From Octopus vulgaris (taxonomy: Eukaryota): DNA of 64,000 bases. Below the pieces are notes generated by a model. The model made no database searches, had not been told where the DNA came from, and worked only from the letters and a program-made list of their open reading frames with translations. Below, one piece after another: positions 27,221 through 42,039 of this stretch. Location of the stretch: NCBI GenBank assembly GCA_951406725.2, contig OX597814.1, positions 59,892,001 through 59,956,000 of the forward strand, written 5' to 3'. Position numbers and translations under genes: made by a program. Every line of letters starts with the position of its first letter. Within the stretch, counting starts at the first letter, position 1.

Positions 27221-29756
27221 TATTTTTTGTGCGTGTATGTGTGTGTGTGTTGCTTCATCTGTATCTGATTCTAACAAGGACAATGGTGGTTACATTAAAC
27301 AACAGATACATTCTTGATTTATTGAAATTACTTACTTTTCTAGAAAGAATAGGCCAACAGATGGATATCAATTGATACCACCGCCAAATAAAAAACGGAG
27401 AAAATTTTAAGGAAGAAGAATTTACCAAAACGACATTCTCTTAAATAAAATTTTAGACACATGTTTCTGTATCAGCAATAGCTCAATAAAAATCCTACTT
27501 CATTTTCATAAGACAAAAAGAAATACATTGATGATTTTTTTACTAAGTAAATTGTATAAATAACGCGAATATTGGCTAAAGGAAATGATTCGCTGTGTCC
27601 AGTGGTATCTATTTCAACAGCATTCAAGAATAATGTATCTTTCTTTAAATAATATGCAAGATAAATTCTTGATTGTCCTCTATTATCTCAAGCAGTCAAG
27701 ATATTTACATGGATACTTATATGTGTGTTTAGGATTGATGTAAGAAGAATGAATCCGCTTCAGTATTTTTACTTGAAGACAATAAATGACTTGCACAGCT
27801 TTTGAATTTACGTTACATGAACATGAATGACTTTCGTGTAGATTCCTTGCAACTGTCTGTCACGTAGTCGCACAGTAGTTGCGTATGGACTTGGGCATAA
27901 TAGTCAGCAAAACACAGTTATCTCACATAAACTTATATTGCAACAAGAAACAATCTAAAAATAAAGTCATATTATGCAAAAAGCAAACTAATCAAAATAC
28001 TCTGCAATATCTTCGTCGACATTGATTCGCTATTCATACACGTCGTTTAATCATTTTAAGATACCCACCAGCACCGCAGATTATCACCATCATCGTCAGC
28101 ACCAGCAGCAGTGGCACTTTAATAAGATAATAATAACAATCATCATTATTATTATCAACAAGCACAAAAACAACAACGTCGTCGTTGTCGTCATCATTAT
28201 TACTAGCAAAGTAAACATCATCTTCATCATCGATAGTGTCATTATCCTTATCTTCATTATAATCTGCGTATGTATGTTTGTGTATGCTTGTGAATGCATG
28301 TGTTTATTCACGTGAGTTAGTGATAGCGATACACAGATACCGACATGCCAATACAAAAAGTAACTTTTTTAATCAATAATATAAACTCGTTCGATCAAAA
28401 CAGTAAATACTTCCTTCAATTAATTTCATTAAATATTTCAAAGAAATATTTCAATATTCAACAGAACGGAAGAAATCCAAACGCCTCCGAGTGATTCACT
28501 TATTCAACAATGTAACTGAATTGCATTTTATGAATAAAGAAGAAATATGGTTATAAAACTTAATACAATGACTTTTAATTCAACTATGCACTGCTGAGAT
28601 TGAAGATTTTTTCTTCTTTCTGTTTATCATTCAATTGCATGTGTTGCATATATAGCATCGAATGCAGAAAGACCTGAAATCAGCTGGGATTTGAAAACTC
28701 AAAATAAATTGTAGTATTGAAGATAAAGAAAGCAAAACTCCGATCAATCGCACTATATATTGATCTTTTTCACATAAAAAAAAAAACAGATCCACTTCAA
28801 TACAAATGGGAAAACTAAACCGAAAATATTTAATGCATTTTCTTGGCGTTTAACTTGTGTAGCCCAATATGATATTAGGCTAAGGAACGGTGTTACATTA
28901 CAGACAGTGGCAGGGAATTGCTCGCTTGTGTTAGATTTAAATATCATTAGCGTAGTTCATTTGAAAGCGAATACAATGTCAGAGTTAACAGAAAACGAGC
29001 ATTAACTAAGATAGAAAAAAACAATTGCTACAGATTACTGCGCAACGTATTTGATAATTAAGGTCATTGTTATGTTAATTCTCTACTCCCACTGCTTTAA
29101 CTAACGAATATCAAACACTCTGTATGAAATGCTTTAATAGAGAGGAAAATCAGGAAGATGAATAGAATTAGGATGAAGAAAATAAGTAGCTTGATGTAGA
29201 ATTGACTTGGAAATAAGACATATTATTCATACAAATATATAATTATAATCCACTTTAATGACAAAACAACCTTTTCTATTGGTATTATTAAATATTTCAT
29301 GTGTTAATCAATCTTCGGAATGAAAATCAGATAACTGTTTTGTATTTACATTTACGTTATGTTATTGATAAAATACGGGTGGATGAGTGATTACAGCTTT
29401 TTCTCGTTACGTATATATTATTGATAATGTGTGTGTATATTCATATTCATAGTAAACCGAATTTATGCAATTTGATTTAAATGTTTCACTACTTAGGTAA
29501 CGAAAAGAATATAAAATGGAAATGTTGTTCACAAATGTTGCATGCATAATTTTCAGAAACAAGCAGATTAAAAATAACATTTAGCACATACATCCTAAAG
29601 TCTATCATTTAAGACCAATTAACATTTTCAGGGTTCCGGAAATATGTTTGTTTTCGTCGGCTATCTTAGGAGAATACATATTTGATATAATCTAAGAGAT
29701 GATGTGAGTACACACATATACATACATATGCCTATATATAAACATGTATGCATATA

Positions 29757-29925
29757 CAGGCGTAGGCTTGAATATATGGTAAAAGGATTGACTTCCCAAA
29801 GACATGTTTCTGGATGCAATCCAATTGCGTGGCACCTTGAGCAAGTATCCTTTTATATAGCCCCTGGCACTGGGTCCACCAAAGGATAGTAATTTGATAA
29901 ACGGAAACTGAAAGAAGCCCGTTGT
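29757..29925 (+). mobile_element. Degenerate 5' half of SINE family A
   Basis: TGCGTGGCACCTTGAGCAAGT...ACGGAAACTGAAAGAAGCCCGT matches the 25896 copy. Confidence 0.75.
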
Positions 29926-30754
29926 TATATCTTTAACGCTGTTGATGCCGCTGGATTGAATGGTGCAGCCCCAGTGTCAAAACACTGTACTAATATCCGT
30001 TTGGCAGTTGATGGTTGGAATGCGTACGTTTTATCTTTTTTTGTAAATGTTTATACATTAGTCTCGTTAGTTTGCGTTGTTCTTCATTCTAGTAAAGTGG
30101 AAAGTGTTTGTGGCTTCATGGTTTGTAACGACTAGATTGATATTGGTCGTTTTTCTTCGAAGATATTCTCATGGTTAAATAACATTAGATTTCAGAGGTT
30201 CTGTGGTATATATGTGTGAGTGTTTGTGTGTGTATATGTGTGTCTGTGTATGTGTGTATGTATGTGAACGCGCGCGCGCGTGTGTGTACTGTGTCTATGT
30301 GTGTGTCTGTCTGTCTGTCTATCTATCTGTGCGTATGTTGTATGTATACATTACATTAGTACCAGCCCCATGTAGTGTTTAGGCATTAGCGTAATTTAGG
30401 TTAATGAAAATGTTTGTGACATATTTCGACTTCTAAAGGCAAATTCACTTCAGTCACCGTGGAGAAAAACTTCCTTCTTATGGTAAAAAGGTGTAAAAAT
30501 AGCATATCTGCACAATGCTGCCATCTGCCGCATTCCCAAAACGCGTTTCTAGCTTTTTAGTCGCTATCAATGAGGAATACCTAACAAAGGCAACTCTGGA
30601 CAGACTTCATTAAATTCGTAGCTTTAACTAAAACCCATTTAACAACATTGATTGGGTTGCGCGCTTTTAGACAGCCACCAGTTGACGGTGATACCGGTGT
30701 AATTTTTTCCGACCTAGCGTTCGAATTCCCGTTGTGTGTATATTTATATGAATG

Positions 30755-30857
<103 letters not shown>

Positions 30858-31099
30858 ACGTGCATTCAAAGGAACGAATAGTTGTATTCAAAGCAATGAT
30901 TAGTAACTTACGAATTTCTTTAATAATTTCACAATAATGAATTTTATTACTTTTATTCCTACTTTAGTTCATCTAATTGTATATATCTTTCGTTACTTTT
31001 CATAAAAAACCCTTTACTTTTTTCGATTTACACTGTGCATTTTCGTTTATTTTTCTTACTTTCCCTTTACATTACCACGTATGTATGTATAAATGCATA

Positions 31100-31380
31100 A
31101 AAAGTGCAAAGATTTTAGTCTCACTTTTGGAGGATCCACTGACTTCAATCAACTTGTAGCATTCCATACACTTCATGAATGCCCTACAGAAGACCCGTGG
31201 TGAAGGTGTCCAGAACCCTTGCTACAACCCACATCATCTTTATTCCTCAGGTTTGAGAACAACTATAATTGATACGGTGCAAGGTCTAGACTGTAGGAAA
31301 GGTGAACAACTGTACCCAATTCCTTCTCTGTCAAGTAGGTGTTTCGAGCTCGTCAACAATGCTCAGTAGAATGTGTTTGA
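31100..31380 (-). pseudogene. Highly degenerate mariner 3' fragment
   Basis: Minus-strand translation GTVVHLSYSLDLAPYQL*LFSNLR corresponds to HPPYSPDLAPxDFxLF. Confidence 0.6.
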
Positions 31381-32526
31381 AGAGCTTTCCTTCAATCTTG
31401 AAAAAATGAAATTTGTAGATCGCTGTATAGCTTATTAGTTATATAATAATGATATACTAAAATTACAGTAACCTGGGACAGTTATATCAGCCTCTCCAAA
31501 TACAAACCTAATGAAATGCACCACTATTAACCTCTGCGAATTGGATAATTATTGTTGTCTTTACTTTCAGATCCTCTCGATTGGTTTCCGACTACGGAGA
31601 TTGTGCACCCTCTCTAAACGCTTTTTCCAACCTCTACCATTGGATACTGAAATACACCAGAGGAAACTGCATCTGAGTGAATCCACCTGCAACATTATGA
31701 GTCCGACTGGTGCTGTTTGCGCATTTTGATTAGCTGGTGGGACACACTTGTGCTGATTTGTCAATATCTACTGAGAGAGCGTTATTGTTCGTCTTTGGCA
31801 ATGATGAACCCAAATATTGTTTCATCGACATATAGTAGACAGATCTTTCTTTATGGGGGATAAAATAGCCTTCAACAAGTATCCAGAGCCAAGGTACCAG
31901 CTTCTTTCTAATCAAACTTTAAAAATCTTACTAGCCTCTTCAGCAGCTATGTTGAGTTGTAGATACCGATCAACGTTGGCCCACCATTGCTTCCAGTCGT
32001 CCAAAGTGAAGCCTAGTCAAGTGCTAAAGTCAATTAAATTAATTAAATCCCTTCTCTAAACATCAAGCCGCGTAGAAACACGTGAAATATATTTTTTTCA
32101 ATCTAATCATCTACTTCAACTTTAGGCTTTACACGATAAGGCCTTCTTCTCTGCTTTCATGAAAAATTGAAATATATAAAGACAAGGTCCATATCTGTGA
32201 GATTTCCATTCAAAAGTAAAGGGGCATTCATACATATTCTTACGAAATGAGCTACACTTTTAATGAACATAATAAAACATTTTATAATTTTACATGAACA
32301 AATATTTGTAGAAAGGCGTGTTATCAAGACAATCTATCCCAGTACTTGAAATGTTTATATTTCAAAGACCCAACGTTTCAATGTCAACGATTGCAGCATC
32401 ATGTGAGCTTAGCTTTATAGTTATCATAACGCTAACGATATACTTTGTTTATGAATACATACATGCATACATACATACATACATACATACATACATACAT
32501 ACATACATACATACATGCATACATGC

Positions 32527-32570
<44 letters not shown>

Positions 32571-33256
32571 ACGTATGTACGTACGTTTGTATCTGCATTG
32601 ATATTCAATTATTTTCAGTTGTAAGGACTGGTAGGACAAATAATGTTATTGTTTTTATTGATCATCCATTTGCGCAAGCCAATTATTTTTGAGGTCGGTA
32701 CTGCTGATTAAATCCAAACATATAATTGACCCATGGTTATTATATTTGTCTTCCTTCAAAGGGTGAGTTGCACAGTCGACCTTTGTGCGGTATGATTTGA
32801 GAAGATACATGAGCGTTACGACATGTGAACTCTACCAAATATATCTCTAATCGCTACTGTGAAATGTCTCACTATGTTCATTTCTATGGTTTCAGATATA
32901 GATGAATCTTTGTGAATTATAAATATACAAATATTTAAATGATCTTAGCATATTCCCATATTACATGAAGCAGTTATAGATTCAATAAACATGACAAAAT
33001 AATTTGGTGAAAGATTTTCATAAGCTTAACCAAAATATTAAAGAGTAATGATTTAAACAATACGGATATGTAACGCGTGGGTTTAGATAATGTTAAAATT
33101 GATTGTTGCTAAACAAAACATTTCTTTTGTGCAATGCATTAGAGTGAATGCTTATGTAAATGATATATATTTTACGGCATGCTCTGCTGAAAAGAGAAAG
33201 TAAGTTTCAATAATAGTGTCGATATGTGTATGTATATATGTATATGTATATATATG

Positions 33257-33332
<76 letters not shown>

Positions 33333-33336
<4 letters not shown>

Positions 33337-33545
33337 ATCCAAACATGAAACCACAAAGAGAAAACATAAGAACGCGAGGACGTGGAACAAGTATAGTATT
33401 ATTGGACGCTCAGGAAAGGAGGAAAGAAGGAGGGTTTAACGTTTCGAGCGGAGCTCTTCGTCAGAAACATAGGAAAAGGAAAGATCCAAAGAAGGGAAGA
33501 CAGTAGAAAAAATCGCCAATGGTACACACGCGGTCACATTTTGAA
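33333..33545 (-). mobile_element. Short PLE-type terminal repeat abutting (TA)n
   Basis: ~210-bp non-microsatellite unit directly after a (TA)n tract, carrying a near-canonical hammerhead. Confidence 0.65.
33434..33468 (-). ncRNA. Minimal type I hammerhead ribozyme
   Basis: RNA GUUU-CUGACGA-A-GAGC-UCC-GCUC-GAAA-CG-UU-AAAC. Stem I GUUU/AAAC, intact core with one extra A, 4-bp stem II, palindromic stem III ACGU, and a GUU site. Confidence 0.8.
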
Positions 33546-33814
33546 TGACCGAAGGTAGAATAAAGAGGCTGTAATTATAAAATAGCCAACCTTGCTGATC
33601 TTAATTGAGGATTGGTAAAAAAATCGAACAGAATATCGAATGCTAAATCTGATGCTTTACTGTGCTTGCACTTACAGTTCTATCAACCAATTCTGTATCC
33701 TTCCTATGATTGATTGATTGGTTCTAGTTTCAGCTCACGAGCTGTGGCCATGCTGGGGCACCGCCATTAATCTATATTTAGATACTTATATTAATATGTC
33801 CATTTTACTCGGTG

Positions 33815-34150
33815 TAAGAAAATTAAAGGGGTAGAAGAATTGTGTTATAAACCCAACAGTTGATTCTGGGGGCTCGGAGATCCATAATAATGTTGGTAGA
33901 TGTGCTTCATCGCAATATGTGGCCGTAATGGCCGTAATCAGCATTGAATCTTTGAACTTCTCTGCATGAAGATCTGAAATGTAAGATCTTCTTTACCGTG
34001 ATGTTGGAGGTTCATCTTATCAAATGTTGATTGTATCCATTTCAGCCATATATTCTGATGAACCACATCTACCAACATTACCATGGATCTCCGAGCACCC
34101 AGAAACAATTGTTGGACTTATGACACCTTTTGCCCACCGTTCAATTTTCT
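33815..34150. mobile_element. Degenerate fold-back element with hammerhead-like core in both arms
   Basis: 33815-33931 is inverted relative to 34037-34150. The plus arm has CTGATGA (34055)...GAAA-CAATTG-TT (34102-34113); stem I pairs poorly. Confidence 0.55.
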
Positions 34151-34191
34151 CTGTCGTAAGTACTCTGTTTAATTTGGTCCTATTAGTATAA

Positions 34192-34247
<56 letters not shown>

Positions 34248-34416
34248 TAATCATCATATAAAAGTATCCACCCATTACTATCTCTCTTATAGCCATTCTT
34301 TATCAGGCGGAATCGATCCCCTATAAAGAAATTGGAGACTAAGTTTGAATCTTTTAAGTGTTTTCTATACTGAAAATCTCTGGATCACATCTGTGGAGTA
34401 ATATATATATATATAC

Positions 34417-34484
<68 letters not shown>

Positions 34485-35059
34485 TCGTTAAATAGTTTCA
34501 ACAAAAGAGTAGCAGTCATGTGTACCATTTGGTGAATGAGTGATTTTGATGCAGGGTTTTGCACTGATTTTGACTCAGAGATTGCAAATCCCATTCAGCT
34601 ATTTGTTGTGGTAGCACAAGACTTGGAATGTTCCAGTGTTAAACTGCGTGATCCAAACAAAATTTTATTTTTCAATACACATTACTAATAGGAATGACTG
34701 TATTGTGGTTACTAATTATTATGTTTTATAATGGCGAGAATGATCAGTCACTGATAATCGATTTTTCGAGAACAGTTTCGATGTTTTCTGGGTATGTTGC
34801 ATAGCAAACTGCTTGCTGCATTTTCACTTTCATTTTGTATAAATAAATGTTACCTTCTGGTTAATTTTGCGGACTTGGCACAATAAATATGCTCATGCAA
34901 TAGTCAGCCTGCAACGTAATACTAAGTAGTATTGAAGGAACTACAAGGACGAGCGAGCTCCATACTCCCCACACATGCACACATAGACACATATGCACAC
35001 ACACACACATGGGTGCATATATATTATATGTTATATATTATATATTATACGTTATATAC

Positions 35060-35102
<43 letters not shown>

Positions 35103-35216
35103 AGGAAAGAGAGAGATGTATATACATGTGTGTGTGTTTGTATATATGTATTTGTGTTTATGTACATATGTATATGTGTTTACATATGTATATATGCATT
35201 TATACATATACCTGCA

Positions 35217-35288
<72 letters not shown>

Positions 35289-35358
35289 GCATGTATGTAT
35301 CTAGCTAAAGATATATATATATATATGTGTGTGTATGTGTGCTATGTGTGTGTGCGTA

Positions 35359-35442
<84 letters not shown>

Positions 35443-36664
35443 ATTGTTTTTCTGATATTTATTAGATGTTACTTACAGCAGTACAGAGATTTAACACTGA
35501 AACAATATTTTCCATTCCTGAAAATCTAATTGTTTATCTCTAAATCGGTTATCGCACTCGTAGCTCTCGGTTAATATTGCTAAGTGTGGAGCAAGTTGAT
35601 GCACGTATGCTTATCTCCGTAGATTTCCTGAGTTTTGGAGTAACGTAGAATAAGCAATATATGTAAAAAGAATAACAAATTGACAAATTGTATTCAAGAA
35701 ATTATGGTAAACACATAAGTCTTCCAGAAGTTAAAATACCTGAAATGTATTTGGAGTTGTATTTCTGTGGAAATGTATATTAGGAAAAAGGTGATTATTG
35801 GTTCATGATTGTATAATATTATGTGCATGTTCACAAGTACATTATGAAACACCCAGATATTTGTAACAATTAATTTAATACAAAAGAATTTATGTATGTA
35901 GGCATAATGATAAAAAAATAAATTCAGATAATAGCATATGAGAATGAATAATATATTAGCTGTTATCATCTTGGAAACCAACAATTTCCTCAGGTTTCGT
36001 AAATTAGTGAAATATTTATCCTGGTGTTTCAGCTATTTGGGGAATATTATTGATTTTGACCAAAGACAGATTTGTGTTACTGCAAAAAAAATTCTCTTTA
36101 TCAAATTAACGATTTCCGATATAAAGTAACATCACTGTGTTGTCATCATTATTCTTTACAAAATTAATCAGTGATACCCTCTCAACTGATGAAGTCACCA
36201 AATTTTCATTTATTGTTTAAAAATAGTGATTTCACTTACGCCCTCAAAACATATTAATAACGATATGGAGATTGTGTCCTGTTTTACCTTCTCTAAAACT
36301 TTATTGTTTAACTTCTGTCTTAAATATCCTGTAATGATAGATTTCACGTAAATGAATGCCGTTTTAAAATAAACTTACCAAAGCCGAGTGAGGCCTTTTC
36401 TCTTTACACAAACTGAAAAATATTTAACGCAATTGTTCTCAAAGTGGGCAGCACTTCCACCTGAAGAAAAGTAGAGTGAGAATGGGGTGGTCAAAAGAGG
36501 ATGATGGATGTAAAACAACAAAATAATGGTTTAATTAGGTTAGGTTTTATTTGTAAAATACAGTTGTTTTGAACTACGGAGATGTACTTCCATAGCAAGT
36601 GACCTGGTCTTAGATCGTGTGCTGGAACGAAAACAGTTGCAGCGTGGAAGGTGTTTATAAGCCA

Positions 36665-38132
36665 CTAGCAGTATCGCCCGGCGTTGCTCGGGTTTGTAAG
36701 GGAAATAACTATATAAGCATTTTTAGAGAGTTATAGCCAAAAAATAGGAAACAAATGCATTAAAAATGGAAAAAAATTAAGGTAAATTTCTTTTTAAATC
36801 GTTGACACATCGTAGATATTTTTAGAGAGTTACTTCCCTTATATAATAGCGAAAAAAATGCATTAAAATGGAAAAATATGATGGTAAATTTTTAAATCGT
36901 AGACTCATCGTAGACGCGCGCTAATACCCAGAAGGGCTCGATATGACTCACGACTATAAGATACCCGGTTTTGGTTACACTGCACCGCAAAATGTGGGAG
37001 TAGTTAGGAATCTAAATCGTAGGAGACAGACACTCACACAACTTCACTTTTATATATAAAGATATAAGTCACGTAGTTATATACACATTCTTAAAAGAAA
37101 ATGTTATTTTGAATACAACATTTATAAAGAATAAAATATTTTTTGGTTTTTCTTAACCCTTTCGTTACTATATTGCTGACCAAAATACACCCCTTATGTG
37201 TTTCAATTATTTTCTAACGTAATCATAAATTTAGTCTGGTTTCATTAAACAACAATAACTTTTTTATTTATCAATATATTAATGTGATTTTTGGAAGATA
37301 ATTTAATGAAATGTCCTCAACCAATTCTATACTATAATCTTTGTCACAAAGTGACTTTAATTGCGGGTAGATACAGGTAAATTCAACAATATATAAAATT
37401 ATTAAAATTTTGTTCAAACATCGCTATAGAAAATGGGTTATTAGCTAATATTCAATTGGGTATACAACAAAATTTTACGATATAATTTGTTATTCTGGGT
37501 AACTTTCTGATACCAATAATAATATTTATGGCAAAATAGGCCTTAATTTCATTTAAGGTTGTGGGAAATAACAAACTATCCTTTCTTTCGTTTTGTTTAC
37601 GTTTAGCGTAACGGTTCGTTTCTGCCGTAATGATTTCAAATAGGCTCATTCGAAAAAGTAAAAAGAAATAGTCTAAGGCTTTACTCTTCTGGGAAAGTTT
37701 GTGGCTTGGTGCAGTTTCTTCAGAAAAATCACCGAAAGAAACAGTTTTTAAATTTTCACTCCATTCAGGTACCAATTCGTTTTCTTTATCGCTGTTGGAT
37801 TCACTGTTTTCACTTTAATAGCTGCAAACTTGCAAAGACAAAGGAGGAGAAGGGTGATAGCGTCAGTGAAACAGTTCGCTCCCTTTGTGTGTGTGTGCGT
37901 TTGCGTGTGGTGTAAACCACATTAAGAAAAGCATTTGACATACACACCAGAATGTGAGTTTTCTGTAAATTTTGCTTAATTGGAGTTTAAATTTTAAAAA
38001 CTGGACCTGGCATGACCCGATGCATTCTACTCTTAAAAATGCTAGGTAAATTGTAATTGAAGAAATCCTATATTGTAGATTTCTATAACTGACAAAGGGA
38101 GGCAGATAAAATCTGCCTTTTATAATAAGAGA
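36665..38132 (-). mobile_element. Composite Helitron (outer 5' end at 38132, inner 5' end at 37062, shared 3' end at 36665)
   Basis: Minus strand A|TCTCTTATTATAAAAGGCAG... and an inner A|TCTTTATATATAAAAGTG. 3' hairpin CCCG..CGGG (36677-36692), then CTAG|T. A/T insertion site with no TSD. Confidence 0.8.
37153..37800 (-). pseudogene. piggyBac fragment: one end plus N-terminal part of the transposase DDE domain
   Basis: TTAA-CCCTTT terminus at 37153. ORF 37452-37775 ALDYFFLLFRMSLFEIITAETNRYAK..PTTLNEIKAYFAINIIIGIRKLPRITNY is typical of PGBD/piggyBac transposases. Confidence 0.85.
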
Positions 38133-38799
38133 TTTAAGAAACACACAAAATCTGTTAGATTCACTTCAACATTTAAATCTAATATGTCAAAACATCTTCG
38201 TCGCTTTGAGACGGCGACCTGTTCACTGACAAAATTCCATGCTTTTGCTGCAGAAAGTGATCTACGTTTATGGTGGCGAGTGAAGTGGGGGCGCTGGGAA
38301 TGTGACATGAGTGGTGAGAGGGCAGCAGCCTAAAAACACTCGGAATTTATAGATTTAACGAGTATCCAAGAAAATACACAACTATTATATACATCTCATG
38401 AGAAACTTATATTTGCAGAGGATTGTATCAGACGGGCTGAAGAATTCTTTATTTTGCTACTAGCAAACTCATGAGTTGGTCTTTATATCCGTAATGTTTA
38501 TTAGTAATCTCTGCAAAATTGCAAAACTGCCCAACTATGATCTACTTCAAATTATAGGATAGAAAATTTCATGATACTGGAGGACATGTTATAAAAAATA
38601 TGTTTTATACATCAAACAGATCAACGTAAAGAACTGCAATAGAATAAATCCTTTGATAGGTATATCACGATATCTTATAATTGTATCATGAATATGAGAC
38701 GTTTTCAAAAGCAGAAACTTGGTGTGTAGTTTACTATGTAGGGTAAATACATGCACACACACACAAACACACACACACGCACGCATGTACACGCACACG

Positions 38800-38892
<93 letters not shown>

Positions 38893-39676
38893 ACATCTAT
38901 ATATATACATGTATATATAGATAGGTGCATACATAGACAGAGAGACAGATTATGTGTGTGAGTGTGTTTATACGTATATCATCAACATCATTACAATCTT
39001 CATATTTTTATATAGAAGGGAAATATATGTTTTTTGTTGCGTAGACGAATATGAATTTAAATGTGCACTTCAATTCTGTGAATATCCATAGTGAAATTTG
39101 GAGAGTCTTCTCTTTGATTGCATGCAATGTTAAAAAGGATTGGAGAGTGACTATATGTAAATATCAGAAGAAATGCATTGAAAATAATTCTTGATGCTAT
39201 AAATGAATATTCAGACACTAACTAATGTATATATGAAAACGAAAAGCACTCTAGAAAATAACGAAAATGATAGAAAATAACTGCAATGACTGGCAGAAAA
39301 TTCGAACATTAAGGACAAAATATAATCATTTTCAATCAGACAACCAACGTATAAAGTCCTATTGAATGGTGCGAATATGGAGACTATTAACATTGCATTT
39401 GAAGTATAATTCAGCTCCATGTCAGACTCCATATCTTTACTTGCGTATGCTTTTGGTTCAACAACGATCTTCATTTTCATTGCCTATACATAAAACTATG
39501 AAATTTAACGTAAAGTATACTAGCCATCTCAATATGGCTAACCACTAAGGGTGGGTGTTACTGTAGCTTTTAGCCCCAGGAGATCATCGTCTCCAGCTGG
39601 CTTGAGGCACACTTTCTGTGCCCTTATGATATTTGCAAAGGGAGGTCATCCCTCTCTCGTAAACCTAAGCGATACG

Positions 39677-39717
39677 CACGGACTTCAGTTTCGAGGTATT
39701 TGCCTCTTGTCAACGTA
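39677..39717 (-). ncRNA. Degenerate hammerhead-like motif within a small inverted-repeat element (39623-39845)
   Basis: UACG-UUGACAA-GAGG-CAAAUA-CCUC-GAAA-CUGAAG-UC-CGUG. All three stems pair and the site is GUC, but the core has C3U and G8A changes. It is flanked by a 27-bp inverted repeat (39623-39649 / 39819-39845). Confidence 0.6.
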
Positions 39718-40739
39718 ATCACCGGTTTTCGATGAAGAGAGACCTGTTTGCAACTATCTAGTTAATGTTTTTCCAGTAACCACTGTCACTAATTTCGAAA
39801 AACTGTCTGCAAGCAATAATGACATCCCTTTGCAAATATCATAAGTATATCCGATATACGTCTTCATCAAAATCATAAACATACAAAAATGTGAATGTTC
39901 ACAGTTTAGTAAAAAATATCTTATGTATCACTCAGCAAACTTTATCAAAATAAAGTGTTACTTTTCGGAATGTACTTCATTAAAGTGCCAAAGTATATAA
40001 AGTTTAAAAATATATCATGATACATTTGAGAGTAGCATGACTAGAAACATAAAGAGAATAAAATAATCTAACAATAACTTTTTAAAAGTAGATAACGTGA
40101 GAAATACATATGAAATGGACAATAACTTATAATTAATTATACATTACAAAATACCATTAAGAAGCAACAACAAGAAAACTTTGTATAGAACGTTAAGTTA
40201 TATATATATATTCAGGTTAAACTTAAGCGTCAAGCCTTAATACGTTGAACAGATTTGAAATGTCCGGAAAAAGACATGCGCAACATTTAAGGGCCAAACA
40301 ATATTTTTGATTACTTCAATGACTAAATTAAATATCCAATTAAAATTAAATAAGTTAGAATTAGTAAAATTATATTTGTTGAAATACATATTTCGACTAA
40401 GATATGCTGGATATATGTTGGTTTGTATCTAGAACATATAAAGGGGAGTATGTATTGTACTATGCCACTTGCTTGATTATTGCATGCCGATAGCAACATC
40501 GATGAATTTAGTAGTCCTTGACATTGCCACTGTTCGTACTAATGTCACCGATACGATATACAAATAATAATACATTAAGAGAAAGTTTCTTTGGTTATAT
40601 TGGGTATATAAGAATAATGTATACGTATTTGATATTAGTATGGGAATATTATGACCGCAGTGATATTTCAAATTTGCTGGTTATTTTATACTCTACATGA
40701 GAGAAAATGACAGGATAGTGAAGAATCATTGCTTCAGAT

Positions 40740-41520
40740 TTCAGAGCAGTAATGTCAGGCCGATAATAATTGTAAAGGCACATCCTAAAACCTTCTATGG
40801 ACCTGCAAAGAGTCTGCTTCAGTATGGTACAGTATGTGGCCATTGTTCGAAGAAAATAGATCACTGGCACAGGCCCACAAATGATAAGTGTAATACAGAA
40901 TGTGCAATGCAGCAGTGTTTTCACAATTCCCTTGTGGCTATTGCAAATAGCTATGCTTTATAAGTTCTTCGACACCACAGCTCTACACAAAGAGATGGCA
41001 ATTATTGATGACTTGGTAATAGAGGAAATTGATGAAATATAAGCCATTGATGAAATTAACTTAAACTCAGCCACAAGCTCTGATGGATTCCTTGCAATCC
41101 TCCTAAAGAAATGCAAAGGGATTCTGGAAAGACCACCACAAATCCTCTTCCAAAGCTTCCTTGCAAATGGGAGGCCTCCCAGAAAGTTAAGTGAAAGAAT
41201 ATATCCTATCCATAAAGCGGGTAGCAGAGCAAATACTAAAAATTATAGGCCTGTTTCTCTAACCTCACATGTCAGTAAAATCATGGAATAGTCCGGTGGA
41301 AACTGATCATGTTTCTAGAAGATAATGACCTGTTCTTGACACCCAGTATGGAGTCTGCTCAAGAATAAACTTCCTTAAATAGCTTCAGTAGCAATATTAC
41401 TGCGTGTCTGAAACAACTAATGAATAGCTGAAACTTGGGTGTGATATATCTCGATTTTTAAAGACCTTTTATTAGGATGGTCATGGGATTATATATCACA
41501 AGCTACGGAGACTATCAAGT
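40740..41520 (+). pseudogene. CR1/L2-group LINE ORF2 relic (linker + RT N-terminus)
   Basis: AIDEINLNSATSSDGFLAILLKKC..IYPIHKAGSRANTKNYRPVSLTSHVSKIME and VIYLDF*KTF, with many stops. Confidence 0.85.
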
Positions 41521-42039
41521 AGTTAGGAATTAACAATGGAGTAATCAAGCTAAAAGTGAAGCATATTTATGAACAATAGACTCAGTGTATTGTTCAACGT
41601 GGAGACGATGAAATGGTACGAGGCAATATTCAAATGAAAATGGTGATATGGTAATAGAGGAAATGAGAATATTAAAATGAAATATAGTTAGAACAATAAC
41701 CAGAGGTAAAACGATACGCAGCATATACTAAAGTGATCTTGTATACTTATTTCCTATATATTTCCTTGTAATAACGAAGTAATTGCTTTGTTTGCTGCAC
41801 GGAATGCCTCTGAAGTTGTTTTGATCAATAGTTGCAACTGAAGTTCACGGGAGCAAACTTTTATAATAGGATATATATGGCTGTTTGCATTTTCATATCT
41901 TAACTCAAACTTGAATGTCTTCTCATATAAGAGGTTTAACAATTCAAATGGAAGGTAGGACGTAAGCTTCAACGAATGTCAGATTTCCCTGTATTTTCCT
42001 TTCAAAGTGGTGCACAAAATAACATATATTCTTTTATTC

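Noticed and set aside
31480-32020. Possible L1/Tx1-like LINE 3' relic on the minus strand
   Set aside because: Composition is suggestive, but I could not recover a diagnostic motif.
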